Source of the DNA: a virus
Reading direction: 5' to 3' (one strand)
DNA length: 64,000 nucleotides
Virus record (IMG/VR): IMGVR_UViG_3300027754_003462
The position numbers and the translations under genes are program-made. How positions within the stretch are numbered: position 1 is the first letter of the stretch; every line of letters starts with the position of its first letter. This document shows positions 1 to 9,382 of the stretch, piece after piece. The notes below the pieces were generated by a model. That model was not told where the DNA came from, did not search any database, and was given only the letters and a program-made list of their open reading frames with translations.

Positions 1-21
1 AATAGTCTTTGGGATCTATCA

Positions 22-306
22 TTACATTGTCCAAAAAAGTTCTGAACTGGGCGAGCAAGATCTAGGAGTATTCACGTCCTCTTGATATTCTTGGCCAGTC
101 ATAAGATTAGTGCGGGTAACCATCCGGGGTTTGTAGTGATTGGTAGCAATGATAGCAAGTTCGGAGATGTTCCAACCCGACTTGCGGCAGAGACGAGTGC
201 GGGTGGCCATTGCGGCACCAAAAGTTTTGTATGCACGAGTTTTGGCAGGACCGTCGTTGACAATTAGACCTGAACCTTTGCTGACAACATAATAACTGTG
301 ACTCAT
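22..306 (-). CDS. hypothetical phage early protein (94 aa)
   Basis: ORF with AAGGAG RBS and its own sigma70-type promoter (336-364). Confidence 0.8.
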   Translation of the reverse strand: MSHSYYVVSKGSGLIVNDGPAKTRAYKTFGAAMATRTRLCRKSGWNISELAIIATNHYKPRMVTRTNLMTGQEYQEDVNTPRSCSPSSELFWTM

Positions 307-312
307 TTCTGG

Positions 313-364
313 CTCCTTTTAGTTTCTATACAAGTATTATAACCGATCGAGAAATATTGGTCAA
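313..364 (-). promoter_or_regulatory. sigma70-type early promoter TTGACC-N17-TATAAT plus conserved leader ACTTGTATAGAAACT..AGGAG
   Basis: On - strand, -35 at 359-364 and -10 at 336-341, 17-bp spacer; same leader recurs at 33412-33464 and 33626-33678. Confidence 0.85.
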
Positions 365-370
365 CCAAAA

Positions 371-622
371 TCAATTGGCCATCAGTGTGATTTGTACGTC
401 ATGTCCCTCGTGGGTGATGTTCACACCCACTGGGCGACCAGCACCAGTAAAACTACTGTGACGGCGATCATAAGCCAATTTCTGTATGGCCAGTCGCAGA
501 GCGGCACCGTGGCTCGCTGTGGCTGTTTTTGTGTAGATGTCGTTGATAGTACCGTACATACCAAAACCGTTGACAATAAAACGAATTCGGGTGCTGTTAC
601 TAAATCCTGCTACGTGGCGCAT
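371..622 (-). CDS. hypothetical phage early protein (83 aa)
   Basis: ORF with AGGAG RBS and promoter at 655-683. Confidence 0.8.
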   Translation of the reverse strand: MRHVAGFSNSTRIRFIVNGFGMYGTINDIYTKTATASHGAALRLAIQKLAYDRRHSSFTGAGRPVGVNITHEGHDVQITLMAN

Positions 623-654
623 TTGGTGCTCCTGTTTTGTTACTCTATGTCTAT

Positions 655-735
655 ATTATAGCAAAAGGACCATTATTGGTCAACCAAAAGAAAACCCCAC
701 ATCTCTGTAGGGTTTTGGTAGTACTTGAGTATTAC
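655..735 (-). promoter_or_regulatory. early promoter (TTGACC-N17-TATAAT) with upstream hairpin (691-716) and 18-bp dyad GTAGTACTTGAGTATTAC (718-735)
   Basis: -10 at 655-660, -35 at 678-683; same arrangement at 8890-8969 and 33650-33730. Confidence 0.8.
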
Positions 736-751
736 TTTTTGGGTTACATTT

Positions 752-1825
752 TTACTTCAATAATTCGTTGGCATGAAGTATGCTCAACGCACGATCTACT
801 GATCGATCCCACGAAAATGCATCACGTATGATAGAACTGTTGGCAAAGGCCCTTGATTGTAGTGTGACATAGTTGTCTCGCGAGGTTCTTAATGCTGAGC
901 GGATGCTGTCAACCCTGGGTTGTGCCCATGAACCCCAGTTGCCATCATCAGTGGGGTAATAAGATTTATATTCCTCACAAGCAATAGGAGCCATGTCAAA
1001 CTCCACAGGTACCACACTGGAAGGTATGTGCTGTAAAAATTCTGTGTGCGCACTGTGCATGACTGTGATGATGGGCAAGCCCACTGCCGCGGCTTCAATT
1101 AGTGGCAGTCCCCAACCTTCACCTTTGGTGGGCAACACAAAAATGTGGCTTTGTTGATACAGGTCAATTAGGTCAGATGTTGAACTGGTGCCCCATAACA
1201 CTCGCACGTTTTGAACGCCAGTGCTTTCGATCCAACCAGACAGTTCATTGTACTTGGCCGCTTGGTTGGTAAAATAATTGCTTTTGACCACAAGTTCCAC
1301 GTCAGAATCATTGCCAAACTCCTGGATCCAGGCATATATGGTTTCTATAATACTTTTCCTCAGTTCATACTTGCCGGCAATGAGATAACTCAAGATAGGT
1401 GATTCTACTCTGGGTGCGTATGGGTGATATCGAGCACTGTCTACTCCTTCGGGTACCACATGACACAGGTCAGCCGCAACACCACCGTCAACTAAAATCT
1501 TCCGTCCCCACTCACTGGGAACCCATACTTGGTCTGCGGTCAGCATGGTGTTCATCACAGTGGGTGGCACTCGAGTACTTTCAAACACAACCCATTGAAT
1601 GTTTGTGCCTTGATAGTGATCTTGTATGGGCATGCTCACAAACGAGATATTGATGTCTTCGGGACGACTGCGTTCAACCCCGGCCCAGACTTCATCCTGA
1701 TTGTCACAGTTGATTTCTTCCACTAGATTGCCTATGTGACTTATACGTCGAAGAGCATCGGCAAAATTGCTATAATGTACGCCTATTCCGTACTGGTTTC
1801 TTTGTCCAATTAATCTGATTCTCAT
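752..1825 (-). CDS. GT-B (family 4-like) glycosyltransferase
   Basis: C-terminal FVLPTKGEGWGLPLIEAAAVGLPII (E-x7-E) motif; VWVPSEW. Confidence 0.85.
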   Translation of the reverse strand: MRIRLIGQRNQYGIGVHYSNFADALRRISHIGNLVEEINCDNQDEVWAGVERSRPEDINISFVSMPIQDHYQGTNIQWVVFESTRVPPTVMNTMLTADQVWVPSEWGRKILVDGGVAADLCHVVPEGVDSARYHPYAPRVESPILSYLIAGKYELRKSIIETIYAWIQEFGNDSDVELVVKSNYFTNQAAKYNELSGWIESTGVQNVRVLWGTSSTSDLIDLYQQSHIFVLPTKGEGWGLPLIEAAAVGLPIITVMHSAHTEFLQHIPSSVVPVEFDMAPIACEEYKSYYPTDDGNWGSWAQPRVDSIRSALRTSRDNYVTLQSRAFANSSIIRDAFSWDRSVDRALSILHANELLK

Positions 1826-1877
1826 AATATATAATGGTTTCTACGTAGTGGTAAATACTGGCGAAGGAGAAAAATAA

Positions 1878-2048
1878 ATGTCACAAATGTTTATTCAATT
1901 TATAGAACGTCTTGCTGAGATGTTCCCCAAGCAAGGTTATCAATCGCGTTTGGAACAGTATTTAAGCACCAAATGCATAACCAGCGCATCAGACGTAGAA
2001 TACTGGCAACGTCAGTACGACAAACAATCAGATAGGAATTTTGCATGA
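1878..2048 (+). CDS. small protein (56 aa), DUF3563-like
   Basis: Not in ORF track. AAGGAG RBS, TAAATA upstream; MSQMFIQFIERLAEMFPKQGYQSRLEQYLSTKCITSASDVEYWQRQYDKQSDRNFA. Confidence 0.65.
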   Translation: MSQMFIQFIERLAEMFPKQGYQSRLEQYLSTKCITSASDVEYWQRQYDKQSDRNFA

Positions 2049-2164
2049 AACAATTTTTAAACTCAGTTTGGAATTTTCTTGAAGCCATGGGCGAAGCCCG
2101 TGCAGCCACAGTATTGGCCAGGGCAGGTAAAATAAACGAAGCCAAGGCCATATACGCAAAATGA
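2045..2164 (+). CDS. small protein (39 aa)
   Basis: ATGA overlap with the previous ORF; MKQFLNSVWNFLEAMGEARAATVLARAGKINEAKAIYAK. Confidence 0.6.
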   Translation: MKQFLNSVWNFLEAMGEARAATVLARAGKINEAKAIYAK

Positions 2165-2223
2165 TTGCAGATATATTGATGCTGTATCGCTGGGCTCGTG
2201 AAGGTTGGGAAATTCATCCCTAG
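2161..2223 (+). CDS. very small protein (20 aa)
   Basis: ATGA overlap with the previous ORF; MIADILMLYRWAREGWEIHP. Confidence 0.4.
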   Translation: MIADILMLYRWAREGWEIHP

Positions 2224-2468
2224 TGTGGGGTTAATAACCAGCCTTGGTCTGATACTCGGTGGTACCAGTGATAAAATGGCTCATTGATTGCCAATGTGCC
2301 GTTGGTTGCTAGATGCAAATACCTAGGTAATATATCAACACCATCAACGGTGACAGTGTCATCTGCGTTGAAAAACAACGGGTCGTGTAGGTTGGCATCA
2401 ACGGCCTGGTCATTCACAACAACGTTTAGTTTTAAATCAGTAGCCAGCAGTTCTGAAAAGTTCTTCAT
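2220..2468 (-). CDS. hypothetical protein (82 aa), downstream of radical SAM gene
   Basis: ORF overlapping the 3' end of the radical SAM gene. Confidence 0.65.
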   Translation of the reverse strand: MKNFSELLATDLKLNVVVNDQAVDANLHDPLFFNADDTVTVDGVDILPRYLHLATNGTLAINEPFYHWYHRVSDQGWLLTPH

Positions 2469-3702
2469 ATTGGGGTAGATAAGTTAGTACGCTGTTGCCA
2501 CGGCCGGCTTCAATGCGTTTTAGATAGGTCACTAGTGCAGGCAATCTAAAACTTTCATCGGATTCACGTTTCAAATAGTTCACGTAACTTTGTAGATCTT
2601 GCACAATCTGTTGTTGAGCCACTGATGGATCTCGAGTGTTCACAATGGTTTTGCTGTTGGTATCATGTTCCGCAATCCAAGATTCCATACGATCGATTAT
2701 GGGCAGACGATGACTCAAGGGCAGTACCGAAGGGCGCATGCATTCAGGTTGATCTAAAAAATTACAACTTTCGATTGCTATTGATCGATCCCAGGCATAC
2801 TGGTACACACTCAACAAAGAGTCAATGGTCAATGCTGTGGGAGTGGTACGGAACTGCATGAGCCAATTGTGATCCCGTGCTATAGCAATCCATTGGTCCA
2901 GGTACTGATGTATCTTGGGCATGGTAGCAGGCCAACGCACATAATCGTTTACCGTGTCAAATGATTCAATACTCATGCCAAGATTTACGCCGGCAAATTG
3001 TGAAAGCAAATCAACCACGGGCTGATTCCACGTGATAAGATTGGTAGTGAATCCAATGGTGGCTGTGCGATTCAACCCTGATCGGATCATGGCTTGTAGT
3101 ATGGTTTGAAACGCCGGAGTTATCAAGGTCTCGCCACCAATAAAGTGTAGATACTGAATATGCGGACTTGCTTCCAGCATGGCAATGAATTGATTGACCA
3201 GTGTTGGATTATCGGTCCAGTTTGGTGCCGGCAGTTGATCAATAAAACCTATGCGTTTCCATTCCGTGGCCAATCGTGAACTGGCATTGGGGTGACAAAA
3301 AATACAAGCACTGTTACAATGATTGCCAAGATCTATTTGCCAATCTTGGGGCAACTGTGAGAATTCCTGCGAGGCCAAGGTGTTGACCCAAGGACTTGAT
3401 GCTAGGGTCTTTTCAAACTGTTCAACCCGCACACCAATCTTGAGTAGTTGTTTTTGTCTGCCGCTGACCTTGTTGTGTGTCTCCATGAGATAACATCTAT
3501 TGCACCCCGCCACTGGTTCACCTTGCAACATGGTGGTGCGTACACCGGCCATGTGCTGTTGAAAAAAACTTTGAGGATCAACGTCCCGGATGTTGACTTC
3601 TGTTGTGTTTTTGTCTGCCCAACGGCAATAGGTCATACCGCCATTGTTGGTAATACGCATGTGGAACCATGGGCTTGGGCAAAAATGATTTTTTAGTGCC
3701 AT
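2437..3702 (-). CDS. radical SAM protein with N-terminal SPASM/twitch-like Cys cluster
   Basis: CNSACIFC (CxxxCxxC); FIGGET; TTN; N-terminal CPSPW...YC...CNRC. Confidence 0.9.
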   Translation of the reverse strand: MALKNHFCPSPWFHMRITNNGGMTYCRWADKNTTEVNIRDVDPQSFFQQHMAGVRTTMLQGEPVAGCNRCYLMETHNKVSGRQKQLLKIGVRVEQFEKTLASSPWVNTLASQEFSQLPQDWQIDLGNHCNSACIFCHPNASSRLATEWKRIGFIDQLPAPNWTDNPTLVNQFIAMLEASPHIQYLHFIGGETLITPAFQTILQAMIRSGLNRTATIGFTTNLITWNQPVVDLLSQFAGVNLGMSIESFDTVNDYVRWPATMPKIHQYLDQWIAIARDHNWLMQFRTTPTALTIDSLLSVYQYAWDRSIAIESCNFLDQPECMRPSVLPLSHRLPIIDRMESWIAEHDTNSKTIVNTRDPSVAQQQIVQDLQSYVNYLKRESDESFRLPALVTYLKRIEAGRGNSVLTYLPQYEELFRTAGY

Positions 3703-4292
3703 TAACGTTTGTCGAGTATCTTGTCCACTAATCCATAGTCCAAGGCTTCTTGAGCTGACATAAAGAAATCACGTTCCATGTCTGCACTCAACTGCTCAAA
3801 GGTTTTGCCCGCTGAGTTGTGCTTGACATAGATCGTAGTAAGATATTCTTTCATCTTTTGGATTTCTCTTGCTTGGATTTGGATGTCTGTGGCTTGTCCT
3901 GAAGCACCACCTGATGGTTGGTGAATCATGTGTCGAGCATGGGGCAGAATCATGCGCTTGCCTGCGGCTCCTGCTGTACTTAGCAGACTTCCCATGGAAC
4001 ATGCTTGTCCCATCACAATGGTCTGTACGTCACATCGAATAAACTGCATGGTGTCGTAGATGGCCATGCCTGCTGTGACTGATCCGCCAGGCGAGTTAAT
4101 ATACAGGCTGATGTCTTTGTCTGGATTTTCACTTTCCAAAAACAACATCTGTGCTACCAGCAAACTGGCTGTGTGTTCTGATACTTCTGTGTCCAGCATG
4201 ATCACACGGTCTTTTAGTAATCGGCTGTAGATGTCATAACTGCGTTCACCTTTTGAGGTTTGTTCAAGCACAATTGGCACTAGATTTGGCAT
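3702..4292 (-). CDS. clpP: ATP-dependent Clp protease proteolytic subunit
   Basis: [28 protein letters not shown] (Ser), MIHQP (His), MERD (Asp); start moved to MPNLVP after AAGGAG. Confidence 0.97.
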   Translation of the reverse strand: MPNLVPIVLEQTSKGERSYDIYSRLLKDRVIMLDTEVSEHTASLLVAQMLFLESENPDKDISLYINSPGGSVTAGMAIYDTMQFIRCDVQTIVMGQACSMGSLLSTAGAAGKRMILPHARHMIHQPSGGASGQATDIQIQAREIQKMKEYLTTIYVKHNSAGKTFEQLSADMERDFFMSAQEALDYGLVDKILDKR

Positions 4293-4343
4293 GGGGTCTC
4301 CTTGTTCAAAGCATAAGTATAACATATTCTTACGGAAAAAACA

Positions 4344-5924
4344 ATGCGTGATCTACTCAATTTACTTGATAATGTTCTTATGGAAAAAAGTCGTGGCCTA
4401 TTGTATCGCGATGCGGGCGACTCGTTTTTCCAAGGATCCAAGGATAACCCCACTGCTGAAATTGTATTTGACAAGGTTGACTACTTTCCTGGCATGCCAG
4501 GTGCCTATGCCAACTATGATGAAATGTCGCTAACAGGTGCAGATTTGTTCAAACAATATCCCAGTATTACTTGGAGTAACAAACCCACACAAGCCAGCAA
4601 GGCCTTTGCTATTGTTACATTCAACGGTCCCGAGGCCGGGCAACAAACATATTTTGGTAGATTTTTCAATGAAATAAAACCTGACATGGCGGGCTTTTGG
4701 AAAAACTCCGAACTGCCCGGAGGTTGGCAATTGAACAAAGCAGTAAGTTTAAAAGGTGCGTATTACAAACTCAAACCTGCTGACTTGTTTCCAGCAAATT
4801 CTACGTTCGATACTCCATCAGATACCGTGGCTGCCATGGGCACTAGACCAGGAACAACACCCGATCAAATGGCCAGCATTGATAAAGTACGACCTGGCAT
4901 GGATCAGTTGCTGGCTGGTCAATTGCCAAAGTTTGAAAACATGGGCGACATGGTCACTGCTGTGCGTGATGACCTAGGAGAAACCATTGGGCCTATTGCT
5001 TTGATCCAGGGCATGGATATGGGAGTGGGTGCTGAAGCCGCACGTAAAGATATACTTGGCAAAGATGGTACCTATGATGGAAGCGCGATCAATTTCCCAG
5101 CTGACAAAAACAACGGTCTAGTAGACAGTTACTTGTTTCATCCAAGTGGTATAGAGATTGGTATCTCTAGCAAGGGTGAAAAAGGTGCGTCGGCATCAGT
5201 TAAAAATATTTCGGATGGTGTGACTACTGCACGTAACAAGGGCATGACTGAGTTGCTTGACACGTATGCGTCGCAGGTGGAAATTATTGAAAAAATTGGA
5301 TCCATGAGTGCTATAGACTTTCCCATAGTGTATGGCATAGAGCAAGGCATCATTGATCAGGACACTGGAGCAGAAATAAAGCAGTTGGTTAAAACCAATG
5401 CCACACCTACCAATCCGACTATCCTGGATCTTATGGGTGACATCAATGCCAAAACAGATAACCCACGTTACAATACAGGGTATCACACTTTGGCCGCCTT
5501 GGCTCGACGTGTGGCCAAGAACGTAAATTCAGATCCCAAGTTTGGTGAGGCTTGTTTAAAGTTTCTTAACTCCAGTCCTATTATTCAGTTGCACCTAAAC
5601 GGGTCTGAAAAATCCGGCAATTATACTGTCACTGGATTTACCAGTAAATATCCGCCAGATTTCAAAGGAACTGTGGGACTAGATGCTACTAAAGTTTATG
5701 CGGCTACCGGTATTATTGGGCGTGTGAGTTTTAGTTACAACGGTGGTGGCAATAAGGATACTGATGTAACCACCACTGCGGTAGGCGACACTGATGCTGA
5801 GAATGCAAAACTTGATCAGGTAGGTTCTGAACCTAGACTGTCTGGTCCAGGTGCTCGAGCATCCAGACAAAGTCAAGAGCCCGACTTTGACGAAAAGACG
5901 CTGGGACGTAAGAAAAAAGGTTAA
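4344..5924 (+). CDS. hypothetical phage protein (526 aa), probable virion/internal protein
   Basis: Long ORF; N-terminal [14 protein letters not shown] resembles the leaders of other putative head proteins here; D..IEIGISSK could be PD-(D/E)xK-like. Confidence 0.7.
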   Translation: MRDLLNLLDNVLMEKSRGLLYRDAGDSFFQGSKDNPTAEIVFDKVDYFPGMPGAYANYDEMSLTGADLFKQYPSITWSNKPTQASKAFAIVTFNGPEAGQQTYFGRFFNEIKPDMAGFWKNSELPGGWQLNKAVSLKGAYYKLKPADLFPANSTFDTPSDTVAAMGTRPGTTPDQMASIDKVRPGMDQLLAGQLPKFENMGDMVTAVRDDLGETIGPIALIQGMDMGVGAEAARKDILGKDGTYDGSAINFPADKNNGLVDSYLFHPSGIEIGISSKGEKGASASVKNISDGVTTARNKGMTELLDTYASQVEIIEKIGSMSAIDFPIVYGIEQGIIDQDTGAEIKQLVKTNATPTNPTILDLMGDINAKTDNPRYNTGYHTLAALARRVAKNVNSDPKFGEACLKFLNSSPIIQLHLNGSEKSGNYTVTGFTSKYPPDFKGTVGLDATKVYAATGIIGRVSFSYNGGGNKDTDVTTTAVGDTDAENAKLDQVGSEPRLSGPGARASRQSQEPDFDEKTLGRKKKG

Positions 5925-6502
5925 CTCTTGACCACACTGATGTCATCGCAGATGCCCAGTGCTAGTGCTTCTTGGGCTGACAGCCAGATGTCTTGTGGTG
6001 GCAACAGGTTCGTGCGTATTTCTTCCCGACCCAGTCCTGTACACAATTCATAGTGTGCAATCATTCGAGCCTGTGTGAGTTCAAACTCACGCATGGTAGC
6101 AAACAACTCATGTGCCTTGCCTTCGTTGTACCATGAGAACTGATGGCTTAGAATACTTGTGTTGGGAGTGAGCACCCGGCGTCCGTGAGTGCCGGATATG
6201 AAGATTAGCAAGCCTGCTGATGCAATGGTTCCTAGTCCCACAGTTTTTACTGGAATTCGAGAACTCATCATGACATCAATCAAGGCAAAGGCCGCACCCA
6301 TGTCTCCTCCGTTGGAGCAGACCATGAGCAGTAGTTCTTTTTTCTTTTTCTTGGTCACATAGTTTTCGTAAAGCAACCATTCCACAACTGGTTTGATACT
6401 TTCTTCATCTACATCTCCCATGAAAACATACATGCCGGAATCGGCAAGTGCTTGGGCGTGAGTTTGTTCTGTCGGGGTAGTTTCAATAGTTGGCATGATC
6501 AT
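5921..6502 (-). CDS. divergent ClpP-family protease
   Basis: CSNGG, GTIASAG (Ser), LSHQ (His), QDIWLSAQEAL..GICD. Confidence 0.85.
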   Translation of the reverse strand: MIMPTIETTPTEQTHAQALADSGMYVFMGDVDEESIKPVVEWLLYENYVTKKKKKELLLMVCSNGGDMGAAFALIDVMMSSRIPVKTVGLGTIASAGLLIFISGTHGRRVLTPNTSILSHQFSWYNEGKAHELFATMREFELTQARMIAHYELCTGLGREEIRTNLLPPQDIWLSAQEALALGICDDISVVKS

Positions 6503-6510
6503 AAAAGAGG

Positions 6511-6537
6511 AAAAGCGGTGTTGTTGGCACCGCTTCT
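6511..6537 (-). terminator. hairpin, probable terminator
   Basis: AAGCGGTG-ttgttgg-CACCGCTT inverted repeat followed by a T-run on - strand. Confidence 0.55.
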
Positions 6538-6550
6538 ATTTATACGCCGT

Positions 6551-7357
6551 TTATCGTACGGTGGTTTGGCCGATTACTGCACCGGGTTTGGCCAGTGCTT
6601 CATCCCGTTTTTGTCGGTATTCAGCATTGTCCACATCAAGTAACTTGACTTCACCTGACGTTGTGGGCACAATTACAGGAGCAACTCGGCTCTGTGGAGT
6701 CAATCTACGCTCAAGTGCAGAATCAGCATCTTGCTCACGCTTGGAATCACGGGCTTCGTTGGCGTCCATATCACGCTCTGCGGCGCGACCACGGATCTCT
6801 GCTTCACGTTGCATACGAGTTTGATCTCTGCGTGTTTGCATTGCATTGTTGGCGCCTGTAGGCAAACGCAATAACACATAGACCTTGTAGTACTGACCAT
6901 CATGTGTGGCCTGACTGTCAACTCGTTGGGCGCCACTCAATTCGCCATTGGCATTTTTGCGAGTGACTTGTTGATAGTTTTCGATTGTGACACTTCCACG
7001 ATCGGCTTTGTAACTGTTGGTCTGTGTTGTAATACGGCTGTACATTTGTTCAACCAGTTTGCGCTCTGCGGCCATACGTGCTTTGTCGTAGGCCATCTGC
7101 TCATCTGTTGATGTTGCAGTGCCCACAGCAAATGTCATGTCTTCAGTGTCTGGGGGCAAGTTCACAAACCAAGCAGGTGCCTGCGGTACCACTCGAGCCT
7201 GTGCCTGGGGCAAGGCGTAAGGATGCGGCGGTGGCGCAATCTCAACCACTCGAGCAGCCGGAGCCGGCGTAGGTGCTATTGTTTCGGCCTTTTGTGTGCT
7301 GGCACAGGCCACAAGACTCACTGCCACGGCCACGGTTGATAAACGCTTGATTAACAT
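6551..7357 (-). CDS. lipoprotein, LPP20-like
   Basis: Lipobox LVAC; Pro/Ala linker; PAWF...AVG.A...A..KA..AA pattern. Confidence 0.7.
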   Translation of the reverse strand: MLIKRLSTVAVAVSLVACASTQKAETIAPTPAPAARVVEIAPPPHPYALPQAQARVVPQAPAWFVNLPPDTEDMTFAVGTATSTDEQMAYDKARMAAERKLVEQMYSRITTQTNSYKADRGSVTIENYQQVTRKNANGELSGAQRVDSQATHDGQYYKVYVLLRLPTGANNAMQTRRDQTRMQREAEIRGRAAERDMDANEARDSKREQDADSALERRLTPQSRVAPVIVPTTSGEVKLLDVDNAEYRQKRDEALAKPGAVIGQTTVR

Positions 7358-7405
7358 ACATACCTTTCAGGTTAGTTTTACGATAGTTAAATTATACAGG
7401 ATTGA

Positions 7406-7966
7406 TTATATTTTGTCAACCACTACCCACTGATCCGTTTCCAATCTGCAGATAATGCCTTGACGTGTGACCACATCGGTCTGGGCCCATTCGGTATCCA
7501 AAAACCAACGGCACCGAGTGCCATTGTGCCAGAACTCTCGAGGATAATCCGGGTGCGGCCTAAACTGGTGCAGGCGTCCTTGTGTGCCCACTGCTGTTCG
7601 TCTTAGGGTGTCCATATTGGGGCGATCAGTACAGACCATGGTGCTTTCTCCACGCACACCAACTGGAGCCACATGTGTTCTTACACTGGCATCTGCTCGG
7701 CTCATGGCCACAGCACAGGCTTCGGTGTCAGGTGCGTTGCCCGGCCAATCATACACGCCTGTGGCCAAGTACCACTGAGCACCAATTCTGGCTTTGTAAC
7801 TCACTTGGCATCTGCGATATCCTTGGCTGGGACTGGGCACAATGTCCTTGCGAACGTCACTGCGTTCTTCAATTCTCACTGTGGCCGAAGTAGTGGTGCG
7901 ATCAGTCATCACACATTCGGCCTGTGCCAGTATGGGAATCAGGGCCGCTAATAGCAATCGTTTCAT
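7406..7966 (-). CDS. secreted Cys-containing hypothetical protein
   Basis: Signal peptide ending AQA; six Cys. Confidence 0.75.
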   Translation of the reverse strand: MKRLLLAALIPILAQAECVMTDRTTTSATVRIEERSDVRKDIVPSPSQGYRRCQVSYKARIGAQWYLATGVYDWPGNAPDTEACAVAMSRADASVRTHVAPVGVRGESTMVCTDRPNMDTLRRTAVGTQGRLHQFRPHPDYPREFWHNGTRCRWFLDTEWAQTDVVTRQGIICRLETDQWVVVDKI

Positions 7967-8289
7967 TGGCAGTAACTCAATTGGTTAAGATGGAAGTCAA
8001 TATACTTGTTGGGGTGGTTGTGTGCAATGTCATGATCTGGTGTCCATGAGAATGGACGAAACGTGCTTCGCATGCTGGAGGCAAATTGTTCATCACGGCT
8101 TTGTCTCATGCTTTGCAACATGGCCACCTGCTGTGATTTGATTCTGCAATCAACTTGAAAGTGATTGAGGTCTCGAGTGCTCATCGGCACACGACGGGGA
8201 TCAATTTGATTGGCACAGCCACTAAACAGGACGACACACATAACGCAAATGCCAGATGCGATGACGGAACGATGCACGGCTGGTTTCAT
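7963..8289 (-). CDS. putative lipoprotein
   Basis: Hydrophobic N-terminus with FSGC lipobox; ATGA coupling to next gene. Confidence 0.7.
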   Translation of the reverse strand: MKPAVHRSVIASGICVMCVVLFSGCANQIDPRRVPMSTRDLNHFQVDCRIKSQQVAMLQSMRQSRDEQFASSMRSTFRPFSWTPDHDIAHNHPNKYIDFHLNQLSYCQ

Positions 8290-8473
8290 AATCTTCTTGC
8301 CTTTCTAGGGAGTGACGTGGGACGCGGGCTTGGGTTTCCAACCAATTGATCATGGCCACTTGATTGGCACAATCATTGGGCATGGCTGACACACTGGCGG
8401 GTGGATTGTAGTTCACGGTTGCGGCACAACCAGTGAGCAACACGATGGGTAGCAGTCGACCGATCATGCCCAT
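8222..8473 (-). CDS. putative lipoprotein
   Basis: LLTGC lipobox; ..DC.N...MI.WL pattern parallels the neighbouring lipoprotein. Confidence 0.7.
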   Translation of the reverse strand: MGMIGRLLPIVLLTGCAATVNYNPPASVSAMPNDCANQVAMINWLETQARVPRHSLERQEDYETSRASFRHRIWHLRYVCRPV

Positions 8474-8883
8474 AACTCCAGAGCGTTGTACAACTGATCA
8501 GTGGGCACACCGTGTTGGGTGTAACCTTCTAGTACCAGATCAAAATAACCTTGCCCAGGCAATCCATCTGCCTGACCTGGATTCATAAAATACACAATGG
8601 CATCTTTCGTCTCGCCGTTGTGTTCTACCACCATCTCAATGCGATTGTAGTAGTGTGGGAAGCCTTCTAAGGCATCCAGTTTCTGTAAACATTCTTCGGT
8701 GATTGACCACAGCACTCCGTCCACATAGCAGTCAGGAACCACTACCACATCAGCATGAATAGCAAAGCGAAACGCATTATCTAGCAGTCGTGCAGGGCCA
8801 AGGCTCTGGGCCTGCGGACACCGATACGCCATCTCATGCAAGTTGGTGTTCATGCCGTAGCCGAAGTAAAGTTTTGTGTCCAT
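8464..8883 (-). CDS. gamma-glutamylcyclotransferase (AIG2-like) family protein
   Basis: LYFGYGMN, GVLW, LDALEG.P.YY motifs. Confidence 0.85.
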   Translation of the reverse strand: MDTKLYFGYGMNTNLHEMAYRCPQAQSLGPARLLDNAFRFAIHADVVVVPDCYVDGVLWSITEECLQKLDALEGFPHYYNRIEMVVEHNGETKDAIVYFMNPGQADGLPGQGYFDLVLEGYTQHGVPTDQLYNALELWA

Positions 8884-8889
8884 AGCCGT

Positions 8890-8969
8890 ATTATAGCAAA
8901 TGACGAATTATTGGTCAAGAGAAAGCCCCAAAATCTGGGGCCTTGCAAATTGTAATACTTGAGTATTAC
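8890..8969 (-). promoter_or_regulatory. early promoter with hairpin and perfect dyad GTAATACT-TG-AGTATTAC; transcript probably leaderless
   Basis: -10 at 8890-8895, -35 at 8913-8918; ATG 7 nt below -10 with no SD; dyad at 8952-8969. Confidence 0.8.
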
Positions 8970-9241
8970 TTTTTAGCGGTTGCTGGCTTGAGCGCCTTGA
9001 AGAAATCTTCGCATGATTTGAAATAGTCAAATTTAGCGGCTTCTTGAACTGCTTTGACTGCTTCAGTTGTAAGTGTAGTGAAAGTATCTGTACCAACCTT
9101 GGCGGCTCGTTTGGTATAGTCTGCTTGTGCGTCAATGAATTTGATCATTGATTCTTTGGCAGTTTCGTTTGTAACGAATGTGTTAACGAAAGTTTTTTTA
9201 CCGGTTTGAACGGTGTCGATGATTGCGTCTGCTGTAAACAT
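8966..9241 (-). CDS. phasin-like protein (91 aa)
   Basis: Ala/Thr/Lys-rich amphipathic helices (IDTVQTGKK.FV...FIDAQ..Y.K); strong RBS; family assigned by resemblance only. Confidence 0.55.
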   Translation of the reverse strand: MFTADAIIDTVQTGKKTFVNTFVTNETAKESMIKFIDAQADYTKRAAKVGTDTFTTLTTEAVKAVQEAAKFDYFKSCEDFFKALKPATAKK

Positions 9242-9247
9242 ATGGTT

Positions 9248-9331
9248 CTCCTATAAAGCGAGTTTACTATAGGACCCGGCCTGTCCAGCGTCCTATGTAG
9301 TATTATATATGATTTCGCAACCACAAATCAA
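9248..9331 (-). promoter_or_regulatory. sigma70-type promoter, 5' hairpin and ROSE-like SD hairpin for the phasin-like gene
   Basis: TTGATT-N18-TATAAT (9302-9331); AUAGGAC..GUCCUAU stem; CUCGCU-UUAU-AGGAG. Confidence 0.55.
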
Positions 9332-9382
9332 TGGTTTTCTCTAGTGAGCGATCACTAATAAATAACTGCACAGGAGAACCAT

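Noticed and set aside
1900-2217. 105-aa - strand ORF from the track
   Set aside because: The + strand has an RBS, a promoter motif and three coupled ORFs; the - ORF is likely a shadow.
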